This document shows positions 1 through 8,294 of a stretch of DNA of 64,000 nt, piece by piece (position 1 is the stretch's first letter; every line of letters begins with the position of its first letter). Under the pieces are notes generated by a model. It had not been told where the DNA came from. It was given only the letters and a program-made list of their open reading frames with translations, and made no database searches. Origin of the DNA: Candidatus Fimenecus sp. (GTDB taxonomy: Bacteria; Bacillota; Clostridia; Oscillospirales; Acutalibacteraceae); contig JAZQUG010000044.1 in NCBI GenBank assembly GCA_045631225.1, forward strand, positions 46,700 through 110,699. Direction: 5' to 3'. The translations under genes were made by a program, and so were the position numbers.

Positions 1-68
1 GCAAAACGAATGGCCTGCGACGCTAAATTTTATATTCGTTTTCCACTTTCAACTTTCCATTTTCCACT

Positions 69-99
69 AAAAAAAGTGGCAGGGATATTTCCCCACCAC
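69..99 (-). terminator. Intrinsic terminator downstream of the small Cys-rich ORF
   Basis: Hairpin at 76-99 (GTGG/CCAC and GGGA/TCCC around TATT). On the minus strand it is followed by a U-run (A-run 69-75 on +). Confidence 0.5.
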
Positions 100-136
100 C
101 AAAGCCTTTTTATCCTTTATCTTCACTTATTTAATT

Positions 137-286
137 TTAGCAGCAGCAATCATAATCCTTGCGCTGACAACCGCAACCGTCATTTCTGCCGTTGTTGCAA
201 CCACAACCATTGTTGTTATTATCAGAGAGAAGAATTAAGATGATTATGATAATTAACCAAGTGTTGTTACCGAAGAAGTTACACAT
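137..286 (-). CDS. 49-aa Cys-rich small membrane peptide (MCNFFGNNTWLIIIIILILLSDNNNNGCGCNNGRNDGCGCQRKDYDCCC)
   Basis: Hand-translated; it is below the ORF-track size cutoff. ATG at 286 is preceded by GGAGG (296-300) with a 9-nt spacer. The peptide has one hydrophobic helix, then GCGC repeats and a CCC tail. A terminator follows. The + strand ORF 10-243 is its antisense shadow. Confidence 0.6.
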   Translation of the reverse strand: MCNFFGNNTWLIIIIILILLSDNNNNGCGCNNGRNDGCGCQRKDYDCCC

Positions 287-361
287 TTATTATTTCCTCC
301 TTCCCATTTTGTAATTACATTACATATTATGGGAATTGAGAAAATGTGTTACATTTTGCAC

Positions 362-841
362 TTATTTAAGTGATGCTAACAATCCACCCTTAGAAATAAT
401 ATTCTGGATAAACTCTGGGAATGGCTGAGCTTTATAGCTTGTGCCTTTTGTAACATTTGTGATTACGCCTGTATCAAAGTCAACTGAAACCTCATCACCT
501 GCCGCAATATCATCACAAGCCTCAGGACATTCAAGAATCGGAAGTCCGATGTTAAGTGAGTTTCTGTAGAAAATTCTTGCAAATGTTTTTGCGATAACGC
601 ATGAAACACCAGCAGCCTTAATAGCAATAGGAGCATGTTCACGGGATGAGCCACAGCCGAAATTCACGCCTGCAACCATAATATCTCCATCTTTAACTTT
701 ATTAACAAATTCCTTGTCGATATCTTCCATACAGTGTGAAGCCAATTCCTTATGGTCGGCAGTATTCAAATATCTTGCAGGAATAATAACGTCTGTATCA
801 ACGTGGTCACCATATTTATGTACTAAACCTTGAATTTTCAT
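362..841 (-). CDS. leuD: 3-isopropylmalate dehydratase small subunit
   Basis: 159 aa. Aconitase swivel-domain signature ([22 protein letters not shown]). Lies immediately downstream of leuC. Confidence 0.93.
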   Translation of the reverse strand: MKIQGLVHKYGDHVDTDVIIPARYLNTADHKELASHCMEDIDKEFVNKVKDGDIMVAGVNFGCGSSREHAPIAIKAAGVSCVIAKTFARIFYRNSLNIGLPILECPEACDDIAAGDEVSVDFDTGVITNVTKGTSYKAQPFPEFIQNIISKGGLLASLK

Positions 842-843
842 TA

Positions 844-2106
844 TTAGAGTACCTCCTCTGGTGTGCAGATATAACCTGCGATTGCACTTGCAGCAGCCAC
901 ATATGGACTTGCAAGATAAACTTCACTTGTAGGATGTCCCATACGACCTACAAAGTTACGGTTTGTAGTAGAAATTGCCTTTTCCTCAGCTGCGAGAATA
1001 CCCATATGGCCACCAAGGCAAGGACCACAAGTTGGTGTTGAGAATACAGCACCTGCTTCAACAAAAATTTCAGCAAGACCTTCTCTTACACACTGGAGAT
1101 AAACATTCTGTGTTGCAGGAATAACAATACAACGAACATTTTCGTTAACCTTTTTACCCTTAAGCACTTCAGCAGCAGCACGCATATCTTCAATTCTACC
1201 GTTTGTACATGAACCGATAACTGACTGATCAACATAAATCTTATCGAATTCACCAACGATATGAGCATTTTCCGGAAGATGAGGGAAAGCAACTGTTGAT
1301 TTGAGTTCACCTAAATCAATATTGATTACTTCATCATAAACAGCATCTTCGTCAGCCTCGAAAATTACAGGAGTACGGTCAGTTCTGCCCTTCATATACT
1401 CAAGTGTTTTTTCATCAACAGGGAAAATACCGTTCTTTGCACCACATTCAATAGCCATATTAGCAATACAGAATCTGTCATCCATTGAAAGATTTGCGAT
1501 TCCGTCACCTGTGAATTCAAGTGAACGATACAATGCACCGTCAACACCGATTTTACCGATTAAGTGAAGAATTAAATCCTTACCGCTTACCCATTTATTA
1601 AACTTACCTGTAACATTAACCTTGATTGCAGATGGAACTTTGAACCAAGCCATACCTGAAATCATACCGGCTGCCATATCAGTTGAACCAACACCTGTTG
1701 AGAATGCACCGAGTGCACCGTATGTACAAGTGTGAGAGTCAGCACCGATAACTGTGTCACCTGAAATTACAATTCCTTTTTCAGGAAGAAGAGCGTGTTC
1801 AATACCCATCTGTCCTACATCAAAGAAATTCTTGATTTTATATTCTCTTGCAAACTGACGAACCTGTTTACAATGTTCAGCAGATTTGATGTCCTTGTTA
1901 GGTGTAAAATGGTCCATAACAAGAGCAATTTTTTCTCTGTCGAAAACATCAGTAAAGCCTTTTGCTTTCATTTCGTTGATTGCAACAGGGCTTGTAACGT
2001 CGTTACCCATAACAAGGTCAAGACGAACATTGATAAGCTGTCCTGCTTCCACCTTTTCTAATCCTGCGTGAGCAGCCAGGATTTTTTGTGTCATTGTCAT
2101 TCCCAT
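844..2106 (-). CDS. leuC: 3-isopropylmalate dehydratase large subunit
   Basis: Aconitase-family sequence (MTQKILAAH..., GADSHT, GSCTNGR, CGPCLG). I chose the internal ATG at 2106, which has a GGGAG RBS. The longer 535-aa ORF extension merely overlaps ilvN in another frame. Confidence 0.92.
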   Translation of the reverse strand: MGMTMTQKILAAHAGLEKVEAGQLINVRLDLVMGNDVTSPVAINEMKAKGFTDVFDREKIALVMDHFTPNKDIKSAEHCKQVRQFAREYKIKNFFDVGQMGIEHALLPEKGIVISGDTVIGADSHTCTYGALGAFSTGVGSTDMAAGMISGMAWFKVPSAIKVNVTGKFNKWVSGKDLILHLIGKIGVDGALYRSLEFTGDGIANLSMDDRFCIANMAIECGAKNGIFPVDEKTLEYMKGRTDRTPVIFEADEDAVYDEVINIDLGELKSTVAFPHLPENAHIVGEFDKIYVDQSVIGSCTNGRIEDMRAAAEVLKGKKVNENVRCIVIPATQNVYLQCVREGLAEIFVEAGAVFSTPTCGPCLGGHMGILAAEEKAISTTNRNFVGRMGHPTSEVYLASPYVAAASAIAGYICTPEEVL

Positions 2107-2107
2107 A

Positions 2108-2617
2108 TTATTCAACTCCCTTAATGTTTCTGTCGCCACTTTCAAGAGCAGTAACACCTGAACGAGAAAGCTCACAGATTCCGTGTTTTTCCATTTTGTC
2201 GATAAATTTATCAATAAGGCCAGGAAGACCTGTAAGTTCAGCAGTAATTGTTGTGTGACCAATATCCATAACACGAGCACCGAAACCGTTAATTGTCTTA
2301 AGAACCTTTTTTCTGTCCTTGTTAAGTGCGTGAACCTTAATAAGAAGAATTTCTGACTGAATTGTGTTACTTTCGTCAAGGTTAATAACCTTGATAACTT
2401 CTTCCAGACGAGATAACTGCTGTTCAACCATTGTAACCTTGTATTCCTCAACGTCGGAAACGATAGTCATACGAGAAAATTCAGGACTTTCAGTTTCAGA
2501 AACTGTAAGAGAAACAACGTTGTATCCACGACGGGCAAAAAGTCCCGCAACTCTTAACAACACACCTGTACGGTTATAAACAAGTGCTGATAAATAAACT
2601 CTTTTAATATTTTCCAT
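2108..2617 (-). CDS. ilvN: Acetolactate synthase small (regulatory) subunit
   Basis: ACT-domain sequence ([26 protein letters not shown]). Start taken at ATG 2617 (MENIKR), which has an AAAGGA RBS. Confidence 0.88.
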   Translation of the reverse strand: MENIKRVYLSALVYNRTGVLLRVAGLFARRGYNVVSLTVSETESPEFSRMTIVSDVEEYKVTMVEQQLSRLEEVIKVINLDESNTIQSEILLIKVHALNKDRKKVLKTINGFGARVMDIGHTTITAELTGLPGLIDKFIDKMEKHGICELSRSGVTALESGDRNIKGVE

Positions 2618-2651
2618 AGTGTTTTTCCTTTCATTACGCACCGCAAGGTGC

Positions 2652-2753
2652 ATATCGCAATCGAGTAGAACGAGATTATATCGCAATTATGAAATAATTA
2701 TATCGCGTGACTTGTCACATATCGCGATATACAAGCTGACGCTTGTGCGATAT
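2652..2753. promoter_or_regulatory. Array of six ATATCGC/GCGATAT half-sites upstream of ilvN-leuCD
   Basis: ATATCGC at 2652, 2678, 2700 and 2719; GCGATAT at 2724 and 2747. The array includes the perfect 12-bp palindrome ATATCGCGATAT (2719-2730). It fills the 160-bp galM-ilvN intergenic region. Confidence 0.4.
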
Positions 2754-2777
2754 ATTCACTTCGTGAATGCAATGTCA

Positions 2778-3815
2778 TTAAACTGTAATCTTATAAATTG
2801 TAGTTGTCTTAACAACCTCATCCTTATCAAACACACAGTTATAAAAACTTGGTGTATTTGTAGCATTCGGATAATACTGAGTTTCAAGGCAGAAGCCAGT
2901 TCTGAATTCCATTGGAGTATTGTTCTTACCGATTTTACCCTCAAGGAAATTACCTACATATAACTGCATACCAGGTAAATCTGTAAGGCAGTCAAGTCTT
3001 ACGCCATTTGGAGCAGTAACAGTAGCTGCAAGACGAAGTTCCTTATTGTAATCATTGATACAGAAATTGTGGTCATAGCCGTTACCTGCATCCAATTGCT
3101 CATAGTCAGCACCGATATCCTGACCGATTGTTTTAGGAGTTCTGAAATCAAAAGGAGTACCGGTAACATCTCTGATTTCACCTGTCGGAACAAGTCCCTC
3201 ACCCATTGGAGTAAATGCATCAGCATTTATATAAAGTGTATGGTCGAGAATATCACCGTTCTGGTAGCCCTTAAGATTAAAGTAAGCATGATTAGTAAGG
3301 TTGAATGCAGTCTTTTTGTCAGAAACTGCTGTGTAATCCATAACAATCTCATTCTTATCAGTAAGAGTATATTTTACAGTAACCTTTTTGTTACCCGGAA
3401 ATCCTTCTGTACCGTCAGCACTGAAATATGAAAACTCAACTGAATCAGAGTCCACTATAATTGCATCCCAGACTGCTGTTGAAAATTCTCCGTTACTGTG
3501 TAATGTCACATCACCGTGAGTTGTTGTAACAGGAACTTTTTCACCATCAATTGTAAGTCCGCCTGCTGAAATTCTGTTAGCAACAGGACCTACTATCATG
3601 CCCTGGTAATCGTGACGATTTTCGAAACCTTCCATATCGTCAAAACCGAGTAACAAATCGATTTCGTTTTCGTCCTTATCCTTTACGAGAATGCTCTGCA
3701 AAGTAGCACCATAAGTGATAAGGTTAATCTTCATATTATTGTTGTTCTCGATAAGAAAAGCGTCAACTTGTTTGCCATCTTTTGTCATACCAAAAACTGA
3801 TTTTGTAATGCTCAT
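2778..3815 (-). CDS. galM: Aldose 1-epimerase (galactose mutarotase family)
   Basis: About 345 aa with a mutarotase-like sequence (LTNHAYFNL, GYDHNF, CLETQ). ATG at 3815 has a GGAG RBS 8 nt upstream. Confidence 0.85.
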   Translation of the reverse strand: MSITKSVFGMTKDGKQVDAFLIENNNNMKINLITYGATLQSILVKDKDENEIDLLLGFDDMEGFENRHDYQGMIVGPVANRISAGGLTIDGEKVPVTTTHGDVTLHSNGEFSTAVWDAIIVDSDSVEFSYFSADGTEGFPGNKKVTVKYTLTDKNEIVMDYTAVSDKKTAFNLTNHAYFNLKGYQNGDILDHTLYINADAFTPMGEGLVPTGEIRDVTGTPFDFRTPKTIGQDIGADYEQLDAGNGYDHNFCINDYNKELRLAATVTAPNGVRLDCLTDLPGMQLYVGNFLEGKIGKNNTPMEFRTGFCLETQYYPNATNTPSFYNCVFDKDEVVKTTTIYKITV

Positions 3816-3944
3816 AAATTCCACTCCAAACCATATTTTATTTAGAAATTTATATATAAATATAATTATATTATTTTAATGCGATAAAGTCAACAATTAT
3901 TTAAGTACAGAATGAATAATAAATCGGAGTTTGTAGGGATAAAG

Positions 3945-3960
3945 ACAAATTATAATTTGT
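3945..3960. repeat. Perfect 16-bp palindrome ACAAATTATAATTTGT (copy 1 of a recurrent intergenic motif)
   Basis: Read directly. GGAGTTTGTAGGGAT (3926-3940) lies 4 bp to its left and resembles the ends of the elements at 25496 and 53046. Confidence 0.7.
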
Positions 3961-3993
3961 TCAAATCCCACTCACTCATCAAAACAAAAAATA

Positions 3994-4385
3994 AGACCAC
4001 AGGCACTTCCGATGGTCTTTTACGGCTGGGGAATAGGGATTCGAATTATAGCTTCACAATGCAAATCTCCATTCGCATTGTGCTCTTCGCTAAAAACAGT
4101 CCACCGGACTGTTTTCTTAACGCTCAGACCCTCCCAGGTTCGAATCCTATAACTTATCAAAAAACAAAAATAAAACCACCGGATATTTCCGATGGTCTTT
4201 TATGGCTGGGGAATAGGGATTCGAATTATAGCTTCACAATGCGAATCTCCATTCGCATTGTGCTCTTCACTAAAAACAGTCCACCGGACTGTTTTCTTAA
4301 CGCTCAGACCCTCCCGGGTTCGAATCCTATTAACTTATCAAAAAATAAAAAATAAAAACCACCGGATATTTCCGATGGTCTTTTA
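3994..4385 (-). repeat. Two tandem ~180-bp units: terminator + tRNA-Gln 3' end + 120-nt structured module
   Basis: Unit A is roughly 4011-4190 and unit B roughly 4191-4373; they are nearly identical. The 35-bp block GATGGTCTTTTAYGGCTGGGGAATAGGGATTCGAA occurs at 4011, 4191 and 4374. The module (4212-4331 in B) is closed by the inverted repeat AATAGGGATTCGAA/TTCGAATCCTATT. It contains two perfect hairpins (4235-4262 and 4273-4295). Confidence 0.8.
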
Positions 4386-4459
4386 TGGCTGGGGAATAGG
4401 GATTCGAACCCCAACAAACAGAGTCAGAGTCTGTCGTGCTACCGTTACACTATTCCCCA
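4386..4459 (-). tRNA. tRNA-Gln (anticodon CUG)
   Basis: Hand-folded cloverleaf. Acceptor stem TGGGGAA/TTCCCCA. D-arm GTGT-AACGGTA-GCAC. Anticodon arm ACAGA-CTCTGAC-TCTGT. T-arm TGGGG-TTCGAAT-CCCTA. Discriminator G plus an encoded CCA. Confidence 0.9.
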
Positions 4460-4471
4460 ACGGCAAAAGCA

Positions 4472-4500
4472 ATTATATAGCAATGTTTTGGAATTGTCAA
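4472..4500 (-). promoter_or_regulatory. SigA-type promoter of tRNA-Gln
   Basis: On the minus strand: TTGACA (4500-4495), 17-nt spacer, TATAAT (4477-4472), about 12 nt before the tRNA 5' end. Confidence 0.6.
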
Positions 4501-4517
4501 GTGTTTTTTTATAAAAA

Positions 4518-6161
4518 CTAAAAATCTTTTATAAAATTAGTGATATTTCTTGTAATTAGTTTTTCAGGACAGTCACCAATGCTGTTATTTTTTATAATTA
4601 TATTGTCACTATCCTTTATGTCAAAACACGTTCTTTCACATTTTTTGAACGTATTACCCTCTATTGTGATATTTTTATGCACTGCGCCTGCATATCTCTT
4701 GTTTTCAGGCTTAATGAGAATACCGTTTTCACCACAATAATCAAACTTATTATTTTTGATTGTCATATCCAAACACATTCCGCTTTCATACCAGTTATCT
4801 GCATCATCAGAAAGAAGAATTCCACTCATTGTTGTGCTATAAAAATGATTATTTTCGATATTTGTTTTGCCTCTTGTTGTCAAAAGTAATCCTCGGGTTA
4901 TTATTCTGTCAATTTCATTGTTAACAAACTCAACCTGTGGACAAGCTGTTGCATTTTCAACATATTTTCCAACAACTGCACCGTCAGCTATATCAAGCTT
5001 CAGCTCAACATCATATTCACTAATCATCGCTGAACCAACAACACACGCACTACCCTTTGGCAACAATGTTTCAGGATGAATAAACTCTATTGTGTCACCG
5101 ATTTCAAAAGCATTGTATCCGTGGGACTGAGGATGCATAAATCTTACTGTAATCTTATCATTCTTTTTATCCACAATCTTAAAATGGAATCCGTGAACAT
5201 TCATACAGTCATCACCTGCACCACTGAAATAACAATCCTTGACCGTCACCTTTCCACGGCACATACAAATCTGAATAAAATCAGCAACAGAACACATAAC
5301 TCTTTCTTTTTCAGGTGAAAAATCAAGATTTGTCAATGTAATATTTTCTGTATTCTGTGCTACAAATGCAAGAGAATAATTAAAGCGCTGCTTAACATTA
5401 TGAAGAGTGACATTTTTACTGTTCTGAACAAAAATTCCAGCATATTGACGACGCACATCATAAAGATAATACTTATCTCCCACCTGAAATTTATTTGCAG
5501 TAAAAGTATATGCCCTTATACTTCTTTTTCCTATTTCCGATACCTTAAAAGTATCTCGCAACGGATGATATGTTCGCTGACAGAAATGAGGCTTGTCCTT
5601 TGGGAAATGTGCAATCCACCAAGCAGTTTTTGATTTATCTTTAAATTTTCGCTTATAATCGTGGCCAACAAAATAAAGTTTTCCTTTTTCGTTTACATAT
5701 TTTGTCTGTTCATCAATCTCATAATCAACATAAAACAGACCTTTATTAATAACTTTCAATTCATGCATTTCAGGGTTATCTGCCGTAATTGTAAGATTCT
5801 GGATTGTTATATTTTCACAAGCATCTATTACTGCATTTGTTGATTTTCCATGAATAATGAATTTTGCACCATTACCATCAACTGTCACATTTTTAAGTCC
5901 GCTAAACCACAAGGGTGCACGATTAAGGTGAGGTGTTTCATCACCTGAAAATTCCTTATCACCTACTGTATTTGTAATATACAATTTTTCTGTACGAAGT
6001 TTTGTGGCATCAATTAAATATGTACCATTTTCGAAAACAATAGTTTTTTCTTCCTCGTCCTGTGGAATAGAGGAAAGAAAATTCTCAAGTTCTGTTTCAC
6101 AATATGTATAAGGTTTTACACCGAAATCTAAAGCATTATAAATCTTCAATTTATTCACCAT
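4518..6161 (-). CDS. Right-handed parallel beta-helix repeat protein (pectin-lyase fold, possible glycosidase)
   Basis: 547 aa with repeated NITI/NVT-type beta-helix rungs and no signal peptide. The family call is by fold-type resemblance only. Confidence 0.55.
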   Translation of the reverse strand: MVNKLKIYNALDFGVKPYTYCETELENFLSSIPQDEEEKTIVFENGTYLIDATKLRTEKLYITNTVGDKEFSGDETPHLNRAPLWFSGLKNVTVDGNGAKFIIHGKSTNAVIDACENITIQNLTITADNPEMHELKVINKGLFYVDYEIDEQTKYVNEKGKLYFVGHDYKRKFKDKSKTAWWIAHFPKDKPHFCQRTYHPLRDTFKVSEIGKRSIRAYTFTANKFQVGDKYYLYDVRRQYAGIFVQNSKNVTLHNVKQRFNYSLAFVAQNTENITLTNLDFSPEKERVMCSVADFIQICMCRGKVTVKDCYFSGAGDDCMNVHGFHFKIVDKKNDKITVRFMHPQSHGYNAFEIGDTIEFIHPETLLPKGSACVVGSAMISEYDVELKLDIADGAVVGKYVENATACPQVEFVNNEIDRIITRGLLLTTRGKTNIENNHFYSTTMSGILLSDDADNWYESGMCLDMTIKNNKFDYCGENGILIKPENKRYAGAVHKNITIEGNTFKKCERTCFDIKDSDNIIIKNNSIGDCPEKLITRNITNFIKDF

Positions 6162-6870
6162 TCATTTCTTTTAATGTCATTTCTATTCCGTCGGCTATGG
6201 CTTTGGCATAATCATTCAGATACTTATCGTATTTTTCATTATCCTCTTTGCTTGAGATAAAACCTATTTCTGCAAGTACAGACGGCATTTTCGTGTTTCG
6301 GTTTATGTAATAATTCATAGTTTCACCATCACGATATCCTATATAGATTCCACGATTTTTCATAATATCAAGTGTATCAAAACAATCGAGGATATTTTGT
6401 GCTAACAGATTGTCATCGGTAGGATTTGAGGAATGAACCCACATTTCAACACCTGTTGCAGATGAAGAACTACTTGAATTTCTGTGAACAGAAACAAAAA
6501 GCGACGCTCTCGCCTTATTTGCAATTTTGCATCTTTCGGCAAGGGACACGTCGCTGTCATCATCACGAGTCATAACAACCGTGTAGCCTCTTTCCTCAAG
6601 AATATCTCTGACAAGAAGTGAAAGACGCAAAGTATCGTCCTTTTCAAATCTTGTCCCGAGCACTGCCCCTGAACTGCTTCCGCCATGGCCAGGGTCAATG
6701 CATACAGTTTTCTTATCCGGTATAAAATTCAACTGATTAAGATAGTAAACAGTTTCGTCGCCACCAACCACAATCAGTGCAAAAACCACGCAGATTGCTA
6801 CGGTAAACAGTGCAAATATCGGAAAAATAAATGTTTTTCGGTTGTTACGTTTCTTTTTGATTTTTTTCAT
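6151..6870 (-). CDS. N-acetylmuramoyl-L-alanine amidase (Amidase_3 family), membrane anchored
   Basis: N-terminal TM helix. Motifs CIDPGHGG, VSVHRNS and AEIGFIS are typical of Amidase_3/CwlD-like enzymes. Confidence 0.85.
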   Translation of the reverse strand: MKKIKKKRNNRKTFIFPIFALFTVAICVVFALIVVGGDETVYYLNQLNFIPDKKTVCIDPGHGGSSSGAVLGTRFEKDDTLRLSLLVRDILEERGYTVVMTRDDDSDVSLAERCKIANKARASLFVSVHRNSSSSSSATGVEMWVHSSNPTDDNLLAQNILDCFDTLDIMKNRGIYIGYRDGETMNYYINRNTKMPSVLAEIGFISSKEDNEKYDKYLNDYAKAIADGIEMTLKEMNGE

Positions 6871-6885
6871 ATTATGTCTTTGGAT

Positions 6886-8262
6886 TTATTTAAGATTTGA
6901 GAATTTCTCCTTGATTTCTAATGCTCTTCCACAAGTCATTCTTCCTTCAGGACAAGCACCTACAAAACAGCTTGGACCATAGAAATTGAAAATCACAGGC
7001 TCGATTTCACGAAGCTTTTTAAGTGCATCAACAGCATATTCCTGAATTTCCCACTGAGCACGAGTACATGAACGAAGACGCATAAACAACATAAGCTGTC
7101 TTGCATTCATTGTTGTTACAATATCAAGTGTATTACCTGAAAGCTGATAATATACCAGAATTTCTTCTGATATACCAAGTTTTTTGAGTCTTTCATATTC
7201 TTCTGCAGTTTCCTTGAAAGCATTTTCATATTTTACCAGAAGCTCAGGCTTATCCTTTAAAACAGGAGGAATGATATAGCTCATTCTGTCCGTTTTTATA
7301 AGTTCAGGGATTTCGATTGACTGAATTCTGTGACGAGCAAAATGAGTGATACAAGAAAGTGAAACATTGTTAAATCTTAATGTGTAATTCACACATTCCA
7401 ATGGCCTTGGTCGTTTGCATTTAACAACTGCTTCAACGATTTTCTTTGTTGTATCCTCGTCAGAAATAATGCTTTCAATCTGTTCTGTGGCAAGGTTTTT
7501 GCCTGAAATCAAAGCATTTCTCGCAACACATTTTGCAGCATCAGGAGTATATGCTAACAATTCAACAGGAGTAGCTGTGTGTTCAGGCTTAATATCGATA
7601 AATGAAAGGTCAGGAACATCGTTCACCTGTCTTTCAGGGTTAAAACTTGCCATAATTCCGGGAGCTCGTGTCTTTGCCTGTTCATAAAGCTCAAGACCTA
7701 ATTTTTTGATTTCAGGGTAACGGGCACCTCTGCCACAAATCATAGCAGTAAGCATATTTAAAAATTCTCTGCCATTTACTGAACAGAAGAAATTACTATA
7801 AAGACAATATGGCAACACAAAACGAGCATCCTCACGAAGAACACCGTTAGCACAAAGTTCATCATAAAGTGCGAACATCTTACCCATATGCTCTTTGTAT
7901 GATTTTTCGATTTCTTCATCGTTAAATTCAGGCACATAAAATCCTGCATCACTGAAGTTTACATATCGTCTTGACTTAACTGTATATGAAGCAAGTCGGA
8001 ATTCGATAATGAACTGTTCAACAACAGCTGTAACATTCTGGAAAGCAAGCTGAAAATATGTATGCTCGACTGTACTTGTATGACCGGAAGCAGTTACTTT
8101 TCCGATAAGATTTGCATTTTTCTCTCTGTCCTGAGACTTATCCCAAATTGATAGTGCAGTACCCTCCTGAGTTGAAATTCTGCCACTTGCAGCAGTAACC
8201 TTTTCATCAGTATCTGTCATACCAATAATGAGTGCTGTGCTTTTATTGTAATCGCATACCAT
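6886..8262 (-). CDS. thyX: FAD-dependent thymidylate synthase ThyX, tandem two-domain fusion
   Basis: 458 aa, about twice the usual ThyX length. The N half has GHTSTVEH...EFRLASYTVKSRRY. The C half has THFARHRIQS (RHR motif). RBS is AGAGGGA. Confidence 0.75.
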   Translation of the reverse strand: MVCDYNKSTALIIGMTDTDEKVTAASGRISTQEGTALSIWDKSQDREKNANLIGKVTASGHTSTVEHTYFQLAFQNVTAVVEQFIIEFRLASYTVKSRRYVNFSDAGFYVPEFNDEEIEKSYKEHMGKMFALYDELCANGVLREDARFVLPYCLYSNFFCSVNGREFLNMLTAMICGRGARYPEIKKLGLELYEQAKTRAPGIMASFNPERQVNDVPDLSFIDIKPEHTATPVELLAYTPDAAKCVARNALISGKNLATEQIESIISDEDTTKKIVEAVVKCKRPRPLECVNYTLRFNNVSLSCITHFARHRIQSIEIPELIKTDRMSYIIPPVLKDKPELLVKYENAFKETAEEYERLKKLGISEEILVYYQLSGNTLDIVTTMNARQLMLFMRLRSCTRAQWEIQEYAVDALKKLREIEPVIFNFYGPSCFVGACPEGRMTCGRALEIKEKFSNLK

Positions 8263-8294
8263 AGTAATCCCTCTTTAAAATCAATACTGTATAA

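Noticed and set aside
10-243. 77-aa + strand ORF with a striking Cys/His-rich tail (CRCCNHNHCCYY)
   Set aside because: It has no RBS and no sensible start context. It is the antisense image of the minus-strand 49-aa Cys-rich ORF (137-286), which has a strong RBS and a terminator.
2107-2451. 115-codon N-terminal extension of the leuC ORF
   Set aside because: It overlaps ilvN in another frame, has low-complexity content, and a good RBS plus ATG at 2106 gives a normal-length LeuC.
2618-2777. T-box riboswitch or leader-peptide attenuator upstream of ilvN-leuCD
   Set aside because: Only 160 nt are available. I could find no T-box consensus or specifier/terminator architecture. The only short ORF is not Leu/Ile/Val-rich, and no hairpin is followed by a U-run.
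3994-4385. Possible CRISPR array (also considered for 25516-25679)
   Set aside because: The whole ~180-bp units repeat, rather than short constant repeats alternating with unique spacers. The octamer array at 25516-25679 is far too short-period and is in mixed orientation. No cas genes are in the window.
3912-4521. Two overlapping + strand ORFs (147 and 109 aa) with internally repeated peptide segments
   Set aside because: The repetition comes from the tandem tRNA-derived DNA repeats. The ORFs run antisense through a tRNA gene and terminator hairpins and have no RBS.
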